A stretch of 40,436 nt of DNA, from positions 1-40,436 of IMG/VR virus record IMGVR_UViG_3300020216_000031; one strand, given 5' to 3'. This DNA comes from a virus (lineage: Duplodnaviria; Caudoviricetes). Of this stretch, positions 27,416 to 37,593 are shown piece by piece. Under the pieces are notes generated by a model. That model saw only the letters and a program-made list of their open reading frames with translations, made no database searches and was not told the DNA's origin. Every line of letters begins with the position of its first letter. Position 1 is the first letter of the stretch. The position numbers were made by a program, and so were the translations under genes.

Positions 27416-27813
27416 GTGAAGAGTCTGACCCTCTCACATATGACCGAGTAGTCGTTTTGTGTATGAGCGAGTTAGGCATTTACGACATTGACTACATCGA
27501 CACTATGACTTTACGTGAGTTCAATTATCGCATGTACGCCCTTGAGTATGAGTTGCTCAAAAAAGAGTATGATACTTACAAACTGGCGTTTGCAATCAGA
27601 GACGTTGAGGCTAAGCGTGAGGTCGGCGTTGGTAAGAACAAAAAAGAGGAATATATCCTAAGTTCAGTCAATGATTTGATTGATTATCAGAAAAACGTTA
27701 AGCGATTGAATAAAGGCTTGCCTATTGAACTTGAGAACCCTGACAGCAAGTCGGATAAAAACAAACCATCGCTAGACGTTTTAAAACAAATCAAAAACCA
27801 TAATAAAAAATAG
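27349..27813 (+). CDS. Tail assembly chaperone frameshift portion (gpGT equivalent)
   Basis: Slippery G GGA AAG at 27349-27355; -1 frame open to 27813; MTLREF motif. Confidence 0.85.
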   Translation, partial: GKETYNPKPSTRRVQTEETEQVSEESDPLTYDRVVVLCMSELGIYDIDYIDTMTLREFNYRMYALEYELLKKEYDTYKLAFAIRDVEAKREVGVGKNKKEEYILSSVNDLIDYQKNVKRLNKGLPIELENPDSKSDKNKPSLDVLKQIKNHNKK

Positions 27814-27828
27814 ATTGGAGGGTATAAC

Positions 27829-30800
27829 GTGGCAAAATCTGAATACAAAATCAGTACCGAGATAGATGCGGACACGTCGAGGTTTAAAAAGCAAATGAAG
27901 TCAGCTGAAAAAGTTGCTCAAGACTTTAAACGAGTTGCTGAGAGCATTAAAGATGCTGACATCGGTGCAAATGTTAAAGAGTTTATGTCTAAAATCAGAC
28001 AGGCTAAGAGCCAATTAAATGACTTTGACGGCTCTGAGGCAGACGCAGACCTTGATTTGAACGCCTCTAGTTTCAATCGCAAGTTGAGCTCAGCAAGTCG
28101 TTCGCTCACAGACTTTAGACGACAAGCTGAGAGCGTTCAAGACGCTCGTATAGGTGCGAACATAGCAGAGTTTCAAGCTAAGATGGCAAACGCTAAAAGC
28201 AGCTTGAATAGTTTTGACGGTTCGGACGCAAGAGCTAATATTGACGCAAACATTGCGAGCTATGAGTCTAAAATGCAAAGAGCTAAGAGCATTGCTAGAG
28301 ACTTTAAATCAACGGCTCAGAGCATTAAAGATACTCGTGTCGGTGCAGACATTTCAGAGTTTCAACGTAAGATGGCTAGTGCACGCAAGCAGATGTCATC
28401 ATTCAGCCGTATGAGAGCTAAGTCTAGCCTAGACGTTGACAGCTCCTCAGCTATCTCGGCTATTGAGAGATTTAAAGCTATATTACGCTCTATACCAAAC
28501 AGACATCGCACACGATTAACCGTAGACTCAAATGCAGCTATAAGTGCAATTCGTGCAGTGGCTAGTTCCTTAGATAACTTCGAGAACTCACTACACAATA
28601 TCGCTAACAGAGTTAGAACTGTTGGAACGGTTGCGGCTAACGTGTTCAAAGGTATGTTCCTATCAAGTATCACAGCGTTAGTTCCAGCAATTGCCTCACT
28701 TGTGCCAGCATTAATGGCAGTTATGAACGCTATTGCTGTTGTCGGTGGTGGTGCAGCTGGACTTGCTGGTGCATTTGCAACGGCAGGCGCAGGCGCAGTA
28801 GGTTTCGGCGCTATGGCCATGAGTGCACTACAAATGGTTGAAGATGGCACGCTGGCAGTTACGAGAGAAGTCGAACAGTATCGCTCAGCAGTCGACAGCC
28901 TCAAATCAGCATGGCAAGGCGTTGTGGCTCAGAACCAATCACAAATATTTAACACGTTAGCAAACGCTGTAAACACAGCAAAAGTTGCCTTACAAGGCTT
29001 AACGCCATTCTTAGATGGTGTAGCTCGTGGCATGGAAAAAGCCAGCCAGGCTACATTGAAATGGGCTCAAGAGTCGCAAACAGCGACACGTTTCTTTGAA
29101 ATGATGGGCACAACTGGTGTGAACATATTCAACAATATGCTATCAGCTGTGGGCAACTTCGGCTCAGGCTTTATTGCTCTAATGACTAACCTTGCGCCAC
29201 TTACTGAGTGGGTATCTCAAGGCTTCAAGAGCATGGGGCAATCATTCAACGAATGGGCTAACAGTGTCGAGGGCAGCACAGCCATTCAGGACTTTACGAA
29301 CTATGTGAAAACAAACTTGCCAATTATTGGCGAGATATTCAGCTCGACTTTTAAAGGTATATTCAACCTAATGAAAGCATTTGCGCCTAACTCTCAGGTT
29401 ATATTTGAGTCACTAGCTCAAATGGCCAACCGTTTCGAGCAGTGGAGCGCAACTATTGCAGAGTCGGACGGGTTCCAGCAATTCGTTGAGTACGTGCAAA
29501 CAAATGGCCCTGTATTAATCAGCCTTATAGGCAATATTATCGACGTACTTGTGAACATAGTCGTCGCATTGGCTCCTCTAGGTGCTAAAGTGCTACAAGT
29601 CGCTGAGGCATTCTCAGCATGGCTAGCAGAGCTTACAAGAGTGCACCCTATTGTCGGCGTGCTCATTGGGGTTATAGCCTCACTATCAGGCGTATTTATG
29701 GCATTATGGCCAGCAATTCAGTTTGTGATACAGGTTATCGCTCCTTTAGTATCAGGCTTTATGAGGTTCGTTGGCGTTGGCCAAATCGTTCAAGGTCTAT
29801 TATCAGCAGTAGGCGCGGCATTTGGTGCGTTGAGTGCTCCTGTGTGGGCAGTCATCGGCGTAGTGACAGCGCTTATAGGCATATTCACAGCACTTCTTGC
29901 TAGCTCAGAGCAGCTAAGAACGCAAATGATAGCTGCCTGGAACGCAATCAAAAACGCAGTAATGCAGGCTGTACAGGCAATAATCCAGTTTGTATCTCAA
30001 TTGATTTCAAGAATACAGACAATCGTTGCGCCATTAGTTCCGATTTTCCAAAATACATGGAATCAAATTGTGGCGGTAGTCGAGGCAGCAGTCAACTTAA
30101 TCGCGCCAATCGTGCAGCAGACGTGGAATACCATTAAGGCCGCAACGCAGGTAGCGTGGGAGCTTATTAAAATGGTCATCACAGTTGCGATGGAGGTAGT
30201 AGTTAGTACCATAACAGCGCTACTTCAAATCCTAGCGGGTGATTGGTCAGGCGCATGGCAGACGATTAAATCAGCAGGCGAGGCTATTTGGCAGGCTATC
30301 GTTACAGCAGCACAGAATATTTTTAATATTTTAAAAACATGGCTTATGAATTTATGGAACTCTATTAAGCAAAATGCCATAACAGCGTGGAACGCGCTTA
30401 AAGGTCAAGCATCTAGCATATGGCAGAGTATCGTTACAGGTATTCAGTCCGTAGTTCAAGGACTTGTTGGCATATTAAGCTCTATTTGGTCAGCAATCAC
30501 TAGCACAGCGTCGTCAATGTGGTCATCATTGGTTGGCATAGCGTCCTCAATTTGGGGTTCACTTGTCAGCACAATAAGCTCTATCGTATCTAGTATTGTG
30601 AGTGTCGTAAGCTCAGCATGGTCGGTGATTGCTAGCACGACATCATCAATATTTAGTTCGATAGCATCAACAGTATCAAGCATTTGGTCGTCAATCGTGA
30701 GTGCAATCAGCTCATTCATTTCAAGTATTGTTAGCACAGTTTCGAGCGGTTGGAATAATGTAATGAGTACGATTTCATCAATTCTAAGCTCAATAGCCTC

Positions 30801-31635
30801 AACGGTATCAAGTATTTGGTCATCTATCGTGAGTGCGATTTCATCATTTATTTCAAATATTGTGAGTACGGTTTCGAGCGGTTGGAATAATGTTTTAAGT
30901 ACCATTTCATCAATACTAAGCTCAATAGCCTCAACGGTTTCGAGCGTTTGGTCATCAATCGTTAGTACGATAAGCTCGTTCATATCATCTATTGTCAGCA
31001 CAGTCACATCAGGCTGGAATAGCGTACTAAGCGCAATCACATCAGCAATGAGCGGCATTATTAGTGCAGTAACATCAGGCATGAGCAGCGTAGTGAGTGC
31101 AGTACAATCAGGCGTATCAAACGCAGTGAGTGCAGCTAAGTCATTCGTTGGCGCAATGGTGTCAGCAGGTAGCGACTTAATCAGAGGTATGATAAACGGT
31201 ATCAAGAGCATGGCAGGCTCATTAGTCAGTGCAGCTAAAGGCGTTGTATCTAACGCTGTACAAGGCGCTAAGTCATTACTAGGTATACATTCACCGTCTA
31301 AAGTGTTCAAAGAAATCGGTCAATACACGATGCAAGGTATGCAAATAGGCTTGAATGACAGAGGCAGAAAAGTTGTAAGAGACACAAGCAGAATTGCGCA
31401 ACAGATGTCACAAGGTTTCAACCCTAACTTACAGGCTAGACCTGCAGTTAAAGGCATTAATCGTGAATTGAACAACCTATCTACACGTGGTCATGTAACG
31501 GCAAATCACACAACAACAGTTAAGGCTGAGCCTAGCACAATGAATTTACGCATACAGCTAGACACTGACGACGAAGTTCTAACAGCTAAAGTGAACGGCG
31601 TAAATGCACGCGACGGCGAAGTTCTATCATTCTAA
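27829..31635 (+). CDS. Tape measure protein
   Basis: 1268 aa, helical, Trp-periodic repeats, LGIHSPSKVF motif. Confidence 0.92.
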   Translation: MAKSEYKISTEIDADTSRFKKQMKSAEKVAQDFKRVAESIKDADIGANVKEFMSKIRQAKSQLNDFDGSEADADLDLNASSFNRKLSSASRSLTDFRRQAESVQDARIGANIAEFQAKMANAKSSLNSFDGSDARANIDANIASYESKMQRAKSIARDFKSTAQSIKDTRVGADISEFQRKMASARKQMSSFSRMRAKSSLDVDSSSAISAIERFKAILRSIPNRHRTRLTVDSNAAISAIRAVASSLDNFENSLHNIANRVRTVGTVAANVFKGMFLSSITALVPAIASLVPALMAVMNAIAVVGGGAAGLAGAFATAGAGAVGFGAMAMSALQMVEDGTLAVTREVEQYRSAVDSLKSAWQGVVAQNQSQIFNTLANAVNTAKVALQGLTPFLDGVARGMEKASQATLKWAQESQTATRFFEMMGTTGVNIFNNMLSAVGNFGSGFIALMTNLAPLTEWVSQGFKSMGQSFNEWANSVEGSTAIQDFTNYVKTNLPIIGEIFSSTFKGIFNLMKAFAPNSQVIFESLAQMANRFEQWSATIAESDGFQQFVEYVQTNGPVLISLIGNIIDVLVNIVVALAPLGAKVLQVAEAFSAWLAELTRVHPIVGVLIGVIASLSGVFMALWPAIQFVIQVIAPLVSGFMRFVGVGQIVQGLLSAVGAAFGALSAPVWAVIGVVTALIGIFTALLASSEQLRTQMIAAWNAIKNAVMQAVQAIIQFVSQLISRIQTIVAPLVPIFQNTWNQIVAVVEAAVNLIAPIVQQTWNTIKAATQVAWELIKMVITVAMEVVVSTITALLQILAGDWSGAWQTIKSAGEAIWQAIVTAAQNIFNILKTWLMNLWNSIKQNAITAWNALKGQASSIWQSIVTGIQSVVQGLVGILSSIWSAITSTASSMWSSLVGIASSIWGSLVSTISSIVSSIVSVVSSAWSVIASTTSSIFSSIASTVSSIWSSIVSAISSFISSIVSTVSSGWNNVMSTISSILSSIASTVSSIWSSIVSAISSFISNIVSTVSSGWNNVLSTISSILSSIASTVSSVWSSIVSTISSFISSIVSTVTSGWNSVLSAITSAMSGIISAVTSGMSSVVSAVQSGVSNAVSAAKSFVGAMVSAGSDLIRGMINGIKSMAGSLVSAAKGVVSNAVQGAKSLLGIHSPSKVFKEIGQYTMQGMQIGLNDRGRKVVRDTSRIAQQMSQGFNPNLQARPAVKGINRELNNLSTRGHVTANHTTTVKAEPSTMNLRIQLDTDDEVLTAKVNGVNARDGEVLSF
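27952..28440 (+). repeat. 63-aa (189-bp) tandem repeats at the tape measure N-terminus
   Basis: DADIGANVKEF / DARIGANIAEF / DTRVGADISEF start at 27952, 28141 and 28330. Confidence 0.75.
30658..31053 (+). repeat. 44-aa (132-bp) Ser/Ile-rich tandem repeats in the tape measure
   Basis: SIASTVSSIWSSIVSAISSFISSIVSTVSSGWNNV... units start at 30658, 30790 and 30922. Confidence 0.85.
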
Positions 31636-31651
31636 CAAGGAGGTGTGACCT

Positions 31652-32626
31652 ATCGACCTAAAAATCACACGACAAAACGGCGACACGTTCACACTAGGTG
31701 AGTACGGTGTAGACGTCACTGACGTTGTGATTAGTGGTATTGAAATGGAGGAGCAAACCCGTGATATACAAGGGCTGCATGGCACTTTTGACATGGGGGC
31801 GACATACAAGGGGCGCGAGGTAAGCGTTCCTTTTTCCTTTCAAGGTCAGAATTTGGCCTCATATCCACTATTCAGAGATTTAATATACAAACTCACAACA
31901 AAAACTGAGCCTTTTTATATTCAGGAATTACGCAGGCCTCAAGTAGCAGGCTATACGTTCAAAGATGTTAAGAACTCAAACGCAGTATCAATTGACCAGT
32001 ACGGCAGAGATACGGTATTCGATGAAACGCAATCAGAGAACGAGGTCAGCACAGGCAAACGCTACCTTGTGAGGCTTTCAGGCGCTACTGAGATAGAGCA
32101 ATCAGCTCATACGTCTAAAGGCAAAGGCGAGCTATCGTTCCATACGACAGAGCTGCCCTTTGCTGAAAGTGTTGGCACGTCAAAAGATTTAGAGCGTGAC
32201 GGATTACACTATACAGAAAACCCTATTTGGTCATATGGCATGGGGTTGAGCCGAGACCCTGCAACAAGACAGTACACATTCGATGTGAACACAGGCACAG
32301 AGTTCGATGTGTACAATATCGGCGATGTACCTATCGACCAATTTAACCAGCATTTAGTTTTAAGGCTTAATTTCAATCAAGATTTAGACGACACTATAGA
32401 ATTTGGCTTTAATGGTACTGACATTCACATTGACGGCTCAGAGGCTAACATCAGCGCAGGTGACACAGTAACCTATGAAGTTGGCGGCTATTTCAACAAT
32501 GGCCTAAGCATATTAAATGCAACAAATTACAAAATACCCGAGATGCAAGCGGGTTTGAATAAATTAATGTTTGACGACACTTATGACTTAACTGTCGAGG
32601 TTGAGTGTCGTTTTTACTACTTATAG
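31652..32626 (+). CDS. Distal tail protein (Dit), apparent ATC start
   Basis: Follows the tape measure; AAGGAGGTG RBS then ATC GAC CTA AAA; FHTTELPFAESVG, WSYGMG, VYNIGDVPI, CRFYYL. Confidence 0.85.
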   Translation: MDLKITRQNGDTFTLGEYGVDVTDVVISGIEMEEQTRDIQGLHGTFDMGATYKGREVSVPFSFQGQNLASYPLFRDLIYKLTTKTEPFYIQELRRPQVAGYTFKDVKNSNAVSIDQYGRDTVFDETQSENEVSTGKRYLVRLSGATEIEQSAHTSKGKGELSFHTTELPFAESVGTSKDLERDGLHYTENPIWSYGMGLSRDPATRQYTFDVNTGTEFDVYNIGDVPIDQFNQHLVLRLNFNQDLDDTIEFGFNGTDIHIDGSEANISAGDTVTYEVGGYFNNGLSILNATNYKIPEMQAGLNKLMFDDTYDLTVEVECRFYYL

Positions 32627-32640
32627 GAGGTCATGACAAT

Positions 32641-33945
32641 ATGGCAAGAAAAGAAATCACTACACCATTAGACCTGAAAAACCTTGATAATCATAATTAT
32701 AACTATGATGAGCTATATGGCTTAATTGATGAAACTGACAGACGTATCAGTGAGGATATGTGGGAAGAAATTAAAGGCGCTAACACGATGAAAATGCTTG
32801 AGCCAGTACAAACGGCTGCAGACTTACCAAGTGAGGCGGCTGATAAGTCACTTATCACTGTTATTGACGAGCAGCGCGTTTACGGTTTCGTAAATGGCGA
32901 ATGGCAACCGTTCAGCGAGATAGACCTCGACCCGTTCGAGCCATTCAAAGATGAGTTAGCTGAAATCGTCGCAGCCTATGAGGATAAAATACAAAGTATT
33001 ACTCAAGAGGTGCAATCTACAAAAGACTCAGCAATAGACTCTATAGAAAGCACACAGAGCCAATCTGAGAGCAATATAAGCCAAACGGAACAAAGCGCCA
33101 TAAATTCAGTTAATCAAGCACAGCAAGCGGCTGAGAGCCAAATAAGCGATAGTACAGAGGCGCTGCAAGGTAAAACGGAAGAACTAACGAGCATGTTCAA
33201 CGATTACTTAGAGCAGCTCACTAGCAATCAAGATACTACACTTGCTGAGGTGGATAGCGCTAAGCAAGAGGCTATAGCAGCCCTTGAGAACTTCCAAAAC
33301 ACAGATACAAGCAATTGGCAGAAATTCAAACTTACAAATGACGACGGTACAGTTAAAGACTTATCGGGTGTTGATTGGGCGGACACGGCTCAGCTTGATG
33401 CTTTAGATGTGGGGGTATACTACTCTACTACAGGTGTAAACATTCCTGTCGGGGCGTCAAGCTATAATGCTTTTATAACTGTTACTAAGAGAGTGGGCGA
33501 GGGCATTAAACGTATAGAGTACAAACCTTATAACTCTACTCAAACATTCATAAAGCGATTTTATGAAACATGGAGCGACTGGGAGCCATTAGGTGGCACT
33601 AAGGTCGCACTATTCGACGGTAGCATTAATGGCGTAGGCAGTGTTGTAAAACTTAATGACGACCTTAGTAAATACAGCGCATTAATCATATCGGGGAGCG
33701 TTCCTGGTGGTACTTTTAATGAGCTAGTGCTTACAGAAACAATAGGCTCTGATGTATCTATACAAAAACTCAACCTTAGAAATTCAAGTGGTCAATTCTT
33801 AGGTATCTATGAGGTAAATCTTAATGTAAAAGACAACCAAACATTGGAAGTCACAAACGATGTTTCATGGGACGAAGTGAGTGGAAGTGGCTCAGGCGAG
33901 GGAAGAGACGCATACTCATTTATACACATTGAGGGGTGGAAATAA
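32641..33945 (+). CDS. Baseplate upper / tail fibre protein
   Basis: Coiled coil then DTSNWQKFKLTNDDG, PYNS...WSDW, LFDG..NGVG as in staphylococcal fibre (DUF2479-type) C-termini; start ATG 32641. Confidence 0.7.
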   Translation: MARKEITTPLDLKNLDNHNYNYDELYGLIDETDRRISEDMWEEIKGANTMKMLEPVQTAADLPSEAADKSLITVIDEQRVYGFVNGEWQPFSEIDLDPFEPFKDELAEIVAAYEDKIQSITQEVQSTKDSAIDSIESTQSQSESNISQTEQSAINSVNQAQQAAESQISDSTEALQGKTEELTSMFNDYLEQLTSNQDTTLAEVDSAKQEAIAALENFQNTDTSNWQKFKLTNDDGTVKDLSGVDWADTAQLDALDVGVYYSTTGVNIPVGASSYNAFITVTKRVGEGIKRIEYKPYNSTQTFIKRFYETWSDWEPLGGTKVALFDGSINGVGSVVKLNDDLSKYSALIISGSVPGGTFNELVLTETIGSDVSIQKLNLRNSSGQFLGIYEVNLNVKDNQTLEVTNDVSWDEVSGSGSGEGRDAYSFIHIEGWK

Positions 33946-34244
33946 TGGAAGATACAGAGGTAATCCAAACAGTTGATATAAAAATAAACGAAAGTAATGA
34001 AATTGTAGCGTACGCAAAAATAGGTAATGTGGGGGGCTTTGAAATCTCAGAGAATAAACTCCCTGATGATTTCTTCAATAACTTTAGGCCTAGTTTTTAT
34101 CTATATGTAGACGACCAAATTAAAGAAAATGAGAATTATGAGCCACCGAAAATAGAGCAGAGCTCAGGCATGTCAGAATTAGAGTCACTAAAAATGTTAG
34201 TGACGCAGCAGTCAGCTCAAATTGCAGAGCTACAATCTAAATAA
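33945..34244 (+). CDS. DUF2977-like tail protein
   Basis: NEIVAYAKIG...PDDFFNNFRP...NENY; TAATG coupling. Confidence 0.7.
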   Translation: MEDTEVIQTVDIKINESNEIVAYAKIGNVGGFEISENKLPDDFFNNFRPSFYLYVDDQIKENENYEPPKIEQSSGMSELESLKMLVTQQSAQIAELQSK

Positions 34245-34260
34245 TTAGGAGGACAGGCAC

Positions 34261-34401
34261 ATGGCATTTGATTGGCATAAGAGCAACCTAATTTGTGCTC
34301 AAAACTTTTTTAACATTGGCATTGAGCCTACTTGGCTAGTACCTAATCAGATTAGTCAAAAAGAATATGACGAACTTAAAGAACAGTATTTCAGAAAATA
34401 A
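34261..34401 (+). CDS. XkdX-like 46-aa protein (not in ORF track)
   Basis: AGGAGG RBS; MAFDWHK...QISQKEYDELK. Confidence 0.6.
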   Translation: MAFDWHKSNLICAQNFFNIGIEPTWLVPNQISQKEYDELKEQYFRK

Positions 34402-34413
34402 GAGGTGCATTAA

Positions 34414-36915
34414 ATGGCTTTAATACTTAAAGACTTAGACGGTAACGCCTACCCTGTCGAGACTGTAACAAATCACACAGTCAAAATGAATAGTGACGGT
34501 ATGCTGACTTTCAACGTGATTGAAAATGACCAAACAGCGCATTTCATCAATGATATTTCTAAAATGTGGCGAGTTGAAAACGTGACAGGCAAACCTGACG
34601 ACATGGTTTATGTTGTCGTTATCGCAAACCGAAAAGCGTATAAAGACAAGCAAGTCGTGCAAATCACAGCAAAAGAGGAGCAATTCGACTATTTAGAAAC
34701 GCACAGGGTGTATGAGAACATCACAGGCAGCCGCACAGGCGTAGGTTTCCTTGATTATATATTCGACGGCACGCCTTACAGCTACACGCTGCTATCAGGC
34801 GTATATGCTAAAGAGTGGGAAAACGCAGGTGACGGACAAAGCAAGTTTGAAATGTTTCTCAATTGGCTAGAGCGTTACGGTTTCGAGTTCCAATATGAGC
34901 CAGCCTCAAAGAATTTCAAGTTGGGCGAGCGTATATCACGCCGTCCAGCTTACTATATTTCTAAAAGGCTGAACGCAAACGACATCAGTTTTGAGGAGGA
35001 CGCAACAAACTTTTATACCTATGTTCAGGGCTATTTTGATTATGAGGGGTCTGACAATCTACACGAGGCGAACTATAAGCTAGAATATCCTCAAGGCAAA
35101 GAAAGCCCAATGATAGAGCTATTCGGTATTAGAGAGGCGCCACCTGTTACTGACGGACGTGTGACAGACAGAGACCTTATGGACGATATGATGAGGCAGC
35201 AAGTTGAGCAATCGCTCAAGATGAGCATTGAGCTTGATTTCGTAACGCTTGGCAAAAATTATCCGTTCGCACAACCTGAAATCGGCGACGAGATACCTGT
35301 CATTGATGAAACAATCAACTTTAACAGATTGCTTAGAATACAAGAGATTAAAACAACACGAGACGCGCATCATAAAGTTATTAAACAAACAATCGTGGTC
35401 GGCGACCCTAAACGTGAAACAAGATACAAGCAAGCGCAATCAGGCGCTATATCCAACATGAATGATTTGCTTGCAGGACGTACGAAAATAAAAGAGTCAG
35501 TGCTGCCTGCAGCTATCAAAGAGTCAACTCAAATGCTAATGGACACAGCAAGTGAGTTGTCATTCAGTGAGCAGGGCATCATGGCCGTTGATAAAGACAA
35601 TCCTAACTATGTAACGTTGATTAATTCAAGCGGTTTAGGTGTCAGCAAAGACGGCGGCGAAACGTTTCACAATGCAATCACACGCGGTCAGATTAATGCC
35701 GACTTGATTACAGCAGGCTCATTAAATGCTGATTACATCAGAGGCGGTACACTAGACGCAAATCTTGTCAATGTGGTCGGCGGCGACAGTGAGAAATATA
35801 TCACAATGCAAAATGATGAAATGACTCTATATGGTACTTATAAGCGTACATGGCAAAGTGAACAAACTACTAATAATGTATTCACAAGATTTAAAGACGG
35901 CCATTTAAGATTTAGAAATAATGATGAAGACCGTTCTATCTATGTTTCTGATTTCGGCATATCTACCTATCTCGACGGAAATTCTCGAGAGGCCTCAGGT
36001 ACACTAGAGTTCTTTGATTACACATATGACAGCAGTGCAAGAGGTGTGACGTTGCAATCAGGGCTAGGCGTTGTCGCTTTAAGGTCTGACTCTAACAGAA
36101 TGGTCATAGAGGCTGATGACACGGTCAATATAGGCAGTAATAAATATTCTATTTATATGCGACCTTTTTCATCAACACGTATGGGCGTAAATGAGTTTCA
36201 ATTTTACGTTAAGGACAACCCTGACGCAACTGCAACAGATGGAGCGTTGCTATACGGAAATTTAACAGGCTCGGGAACACGCATGGGCTCAGGTCTAAGG
36301 TTTAGTAAGCAGTTACCTGTTGTGTACGCTACAAACGATAACGGCGATATAGGCAGTGGCTATTTTTATGGCGCAGGCTTTCAGGGCGACTGGATGGCCA
36401 AAAATTCAAACGTTTACGCTTGTGTTGATGGTGCACTAAGAGTTACTGATATGAAAGGCTATAACAATGGCTTTCCTAACTATAAAGATATTCAAGCTAA
36501 AGACATTCAAGCGGGCTCTATAAGAACTATGAGCGGCAATTTCTATATTGGCGTATCAACTAATGAGCTGAGGGTCACAAATAACCTCTTATACAACGGC
36601 GGCGACATCGGCTATAAGCCTATAAGAGCCTCAGCCTTTAATGATGCCTCTTTAGCAGAATATAAGAGAGATATTAAAGCATGGAACCATGACGCACTCA
36701 CGGACATCACAGAACGCACACAGCTGTACTCGTTTAAATATAAAGATGACGAGAAGAACAAGCAACACTACGGTTTAGTTATCGGCGACGGTTACGAAAC
36801 GCCTGAAAGTCTGATTGACGATGACGGCGTAAACCTTTATGACATGCTCGCTCATTCATATAGAGCAATTCAGCAATTAAACGAAAAATTGGAGGCATTA
36901 TCTAATGGCAAATAA
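34414..36915 (+). CDS. Tal-like baseplate hub / tail spike with C-terminal intramolecular chaperone (peptidase S74-like)
   Basis: Tal-like N-terminus (REAPPVTDGR, PEIGD); ADLITAGSLNADYI beta repeats; SLAEYKRDI...HYGLVI...AIQQL. Confidence 0.8.
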   Translation: MALILKDLDGNAYPVETVTNHTVKMNSDGMLTFNVIENDQTAHFINDISKMWRVENVTGKPDDMVYVVVIANRKAYKDKQVVQITAKEEQFDYLETHRVYENITGSRTGVGFLDYIFDGTPYSYTLLSGVYAKEWENAGDGQSKFEMFLNWLERYGFEFQYEPASKNFKLGERISRRPAYYISKRLNANDISFEEDATNFYTYVQGYFDYEGSDNLHEANYKLEYPQGKESPMIELFGIREAPPVTDGRVTDRDLMDDMMRQQVEQSLKMSIELDFVTLGKNYPFAQPEIGDEIPVIDETINFNRLLRIQEIKTTRDAHHKVIKQTIVVGDPKRETRYKQAQSGAISNMNDLLAGRTKIKESVLPAAIKESTQMLMDTASELSFSEQGIMAVDKDNPNYVTLINSSGLGVSKDGGETFHNAITRGQINADLITAGSLNADYIRGGTLDANLVNVVGGDSEKYITMQNDEMTLYGTYKRTWQSEQTTNNVFTRFKDGHLRFRNNDEDRSIYVSDFGISTYLDGNSREASGTLEFFDYTYDSSARGVTLQSGLGVVALRSDSNRMVIEADDTVNIGSNKYSIYMRPFSSTRMGVNEFQFYVKDNPDATATDGALLYGNLTGSGTRMGSGLRFSKQLPVVYATNDNGDIGSGYFYGAGFQGDWMAKNSNVYACVDGALRVTDMKGYNNGFPNYKDIQAKDIQAGSIRTMSGNFYIGVSTNELRVTNNLLYNGGDIGYKPIRASAFNDASLAEYKRDIKAWNHDALTDITERTQLYSFKYKDDEKNKQHYGLVIGDGYETPESLIDDDGVNLYDMLAHSYRAIQQLNEKLEALSNGK

Positions 36916-37057
36916 TGAACAAGATATTGAAAAAGCAGTATTACAAAGCAGATTGTTTGAAGAAATTCAACGCGCAGTGCAGTTACAAATTGAACTAGAG
37001 GCAACTCATAGAGAGCTAGAGGCTTACAAAACTCAGCAAAACTATAACGACGAGTAG
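36905..37057 (+). CDS. 50-aa coiled-coil protein MANNEQDIEKAVLQSRLFEE... (not in ORF track)
   Basis: GGAGG RBS; overlaps the Tal end. Confidence 0.6.
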   Translation: MANNEQDIEKAVLQSRLFEEIQRAVQLQIELEATHRELEAYKTQQNYNDE

Positions 37058-37074
37058 CATTGGCAGGTGTAACT

Positions 37075-37446
37075 TTGGCAGATGTAGGGACAAAAGATAT
37101 TGAGCGTAGGGTCAACATATTGGAGGATAAAAACCGGTATAACGACAAACGCTTTAAGGACATTGAAGAAAACATTAAAGAGGATAGAAAGGAAGTAGAC
37201 GAAACAGTCAAAAAATTGTATACCTCTTTAGAAGAAATCAAACAAAGCCAGCACACGCAAGAAAAGACAAATTTGAAAATGGACTATACTCTTAATTCAA
37301 TTAACCATGAGCGTGAGATTGAAAAAGAAAACAAAAAGCAAAGTCAGAAAGATTTTAAGCAATTACGCTTCATGATGTTAGGTACAGTTGCAACGCTTTT
37401 TGGGTCTTTACTATTGGCTTTAATTCGTAGCTGGTTAGGCATTTAA
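37075..37446 (+). CDS. DUF2951-like coiled-coil protein with C-terminal TM helix
   Basis: ERRVNILE...MMLGTVATLFGSLLLALIRSWLGI; AGGTG RBS supports TTG 37075. Confidence 0.7.
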   Translation: MADVGTKDIERRVNILEDKNRYNDKRFKDIEENIKEDRKEVDETVKKLYTSLEEIKQSQHTQEKTNLKMDYTLNSINHEREIEKENKKQSQKDFKQLRFMMLGTVATLFGSLLLALIRSWLGI

Positions 37447-37459
37447 GGAGGTGAGGCAA

Positions 37460-37537
37460 ATGTTAAACTTTTTATTTGAGCATGTAACTTTAGGCGCAAG
37501 TTTTTGGGAATGTTTTTGGTTTGGAAGTTGTAAATAA
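37460..37537 (+). CDS. 25-aa aromatic/Cys peptide MLNFLFEHVTLGASFWECFWFGSCK (not in ORF track)
   Basis: Perfect TAAGGAGGTG RBS; followed by a terminator. Confidence 0.7.
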   Translation: MLNFLFEHVTLGASFWECFWFGSCK

Positions 37538-37545
37538 TTAAGACG

Positions 37546-37576
37546 AAGTCGGCACATTGTGTCGGCTTTTTATTTT
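37546..37576 (+). terminator. Intrinsic terminator before the holin
   Basis: AAGTCGGCAC-att-GTGTCGGCTT then a T tract. Confidence 0.7.
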
Positions 37577-37593
37577 CTAGGAGGTTTTTATAA

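Noticed and set aside
30456-31310. 284-aa minus-strand ORF (also 28362-28904)
   Set aside because: Antisense shadow of the repetitive tape measure gene
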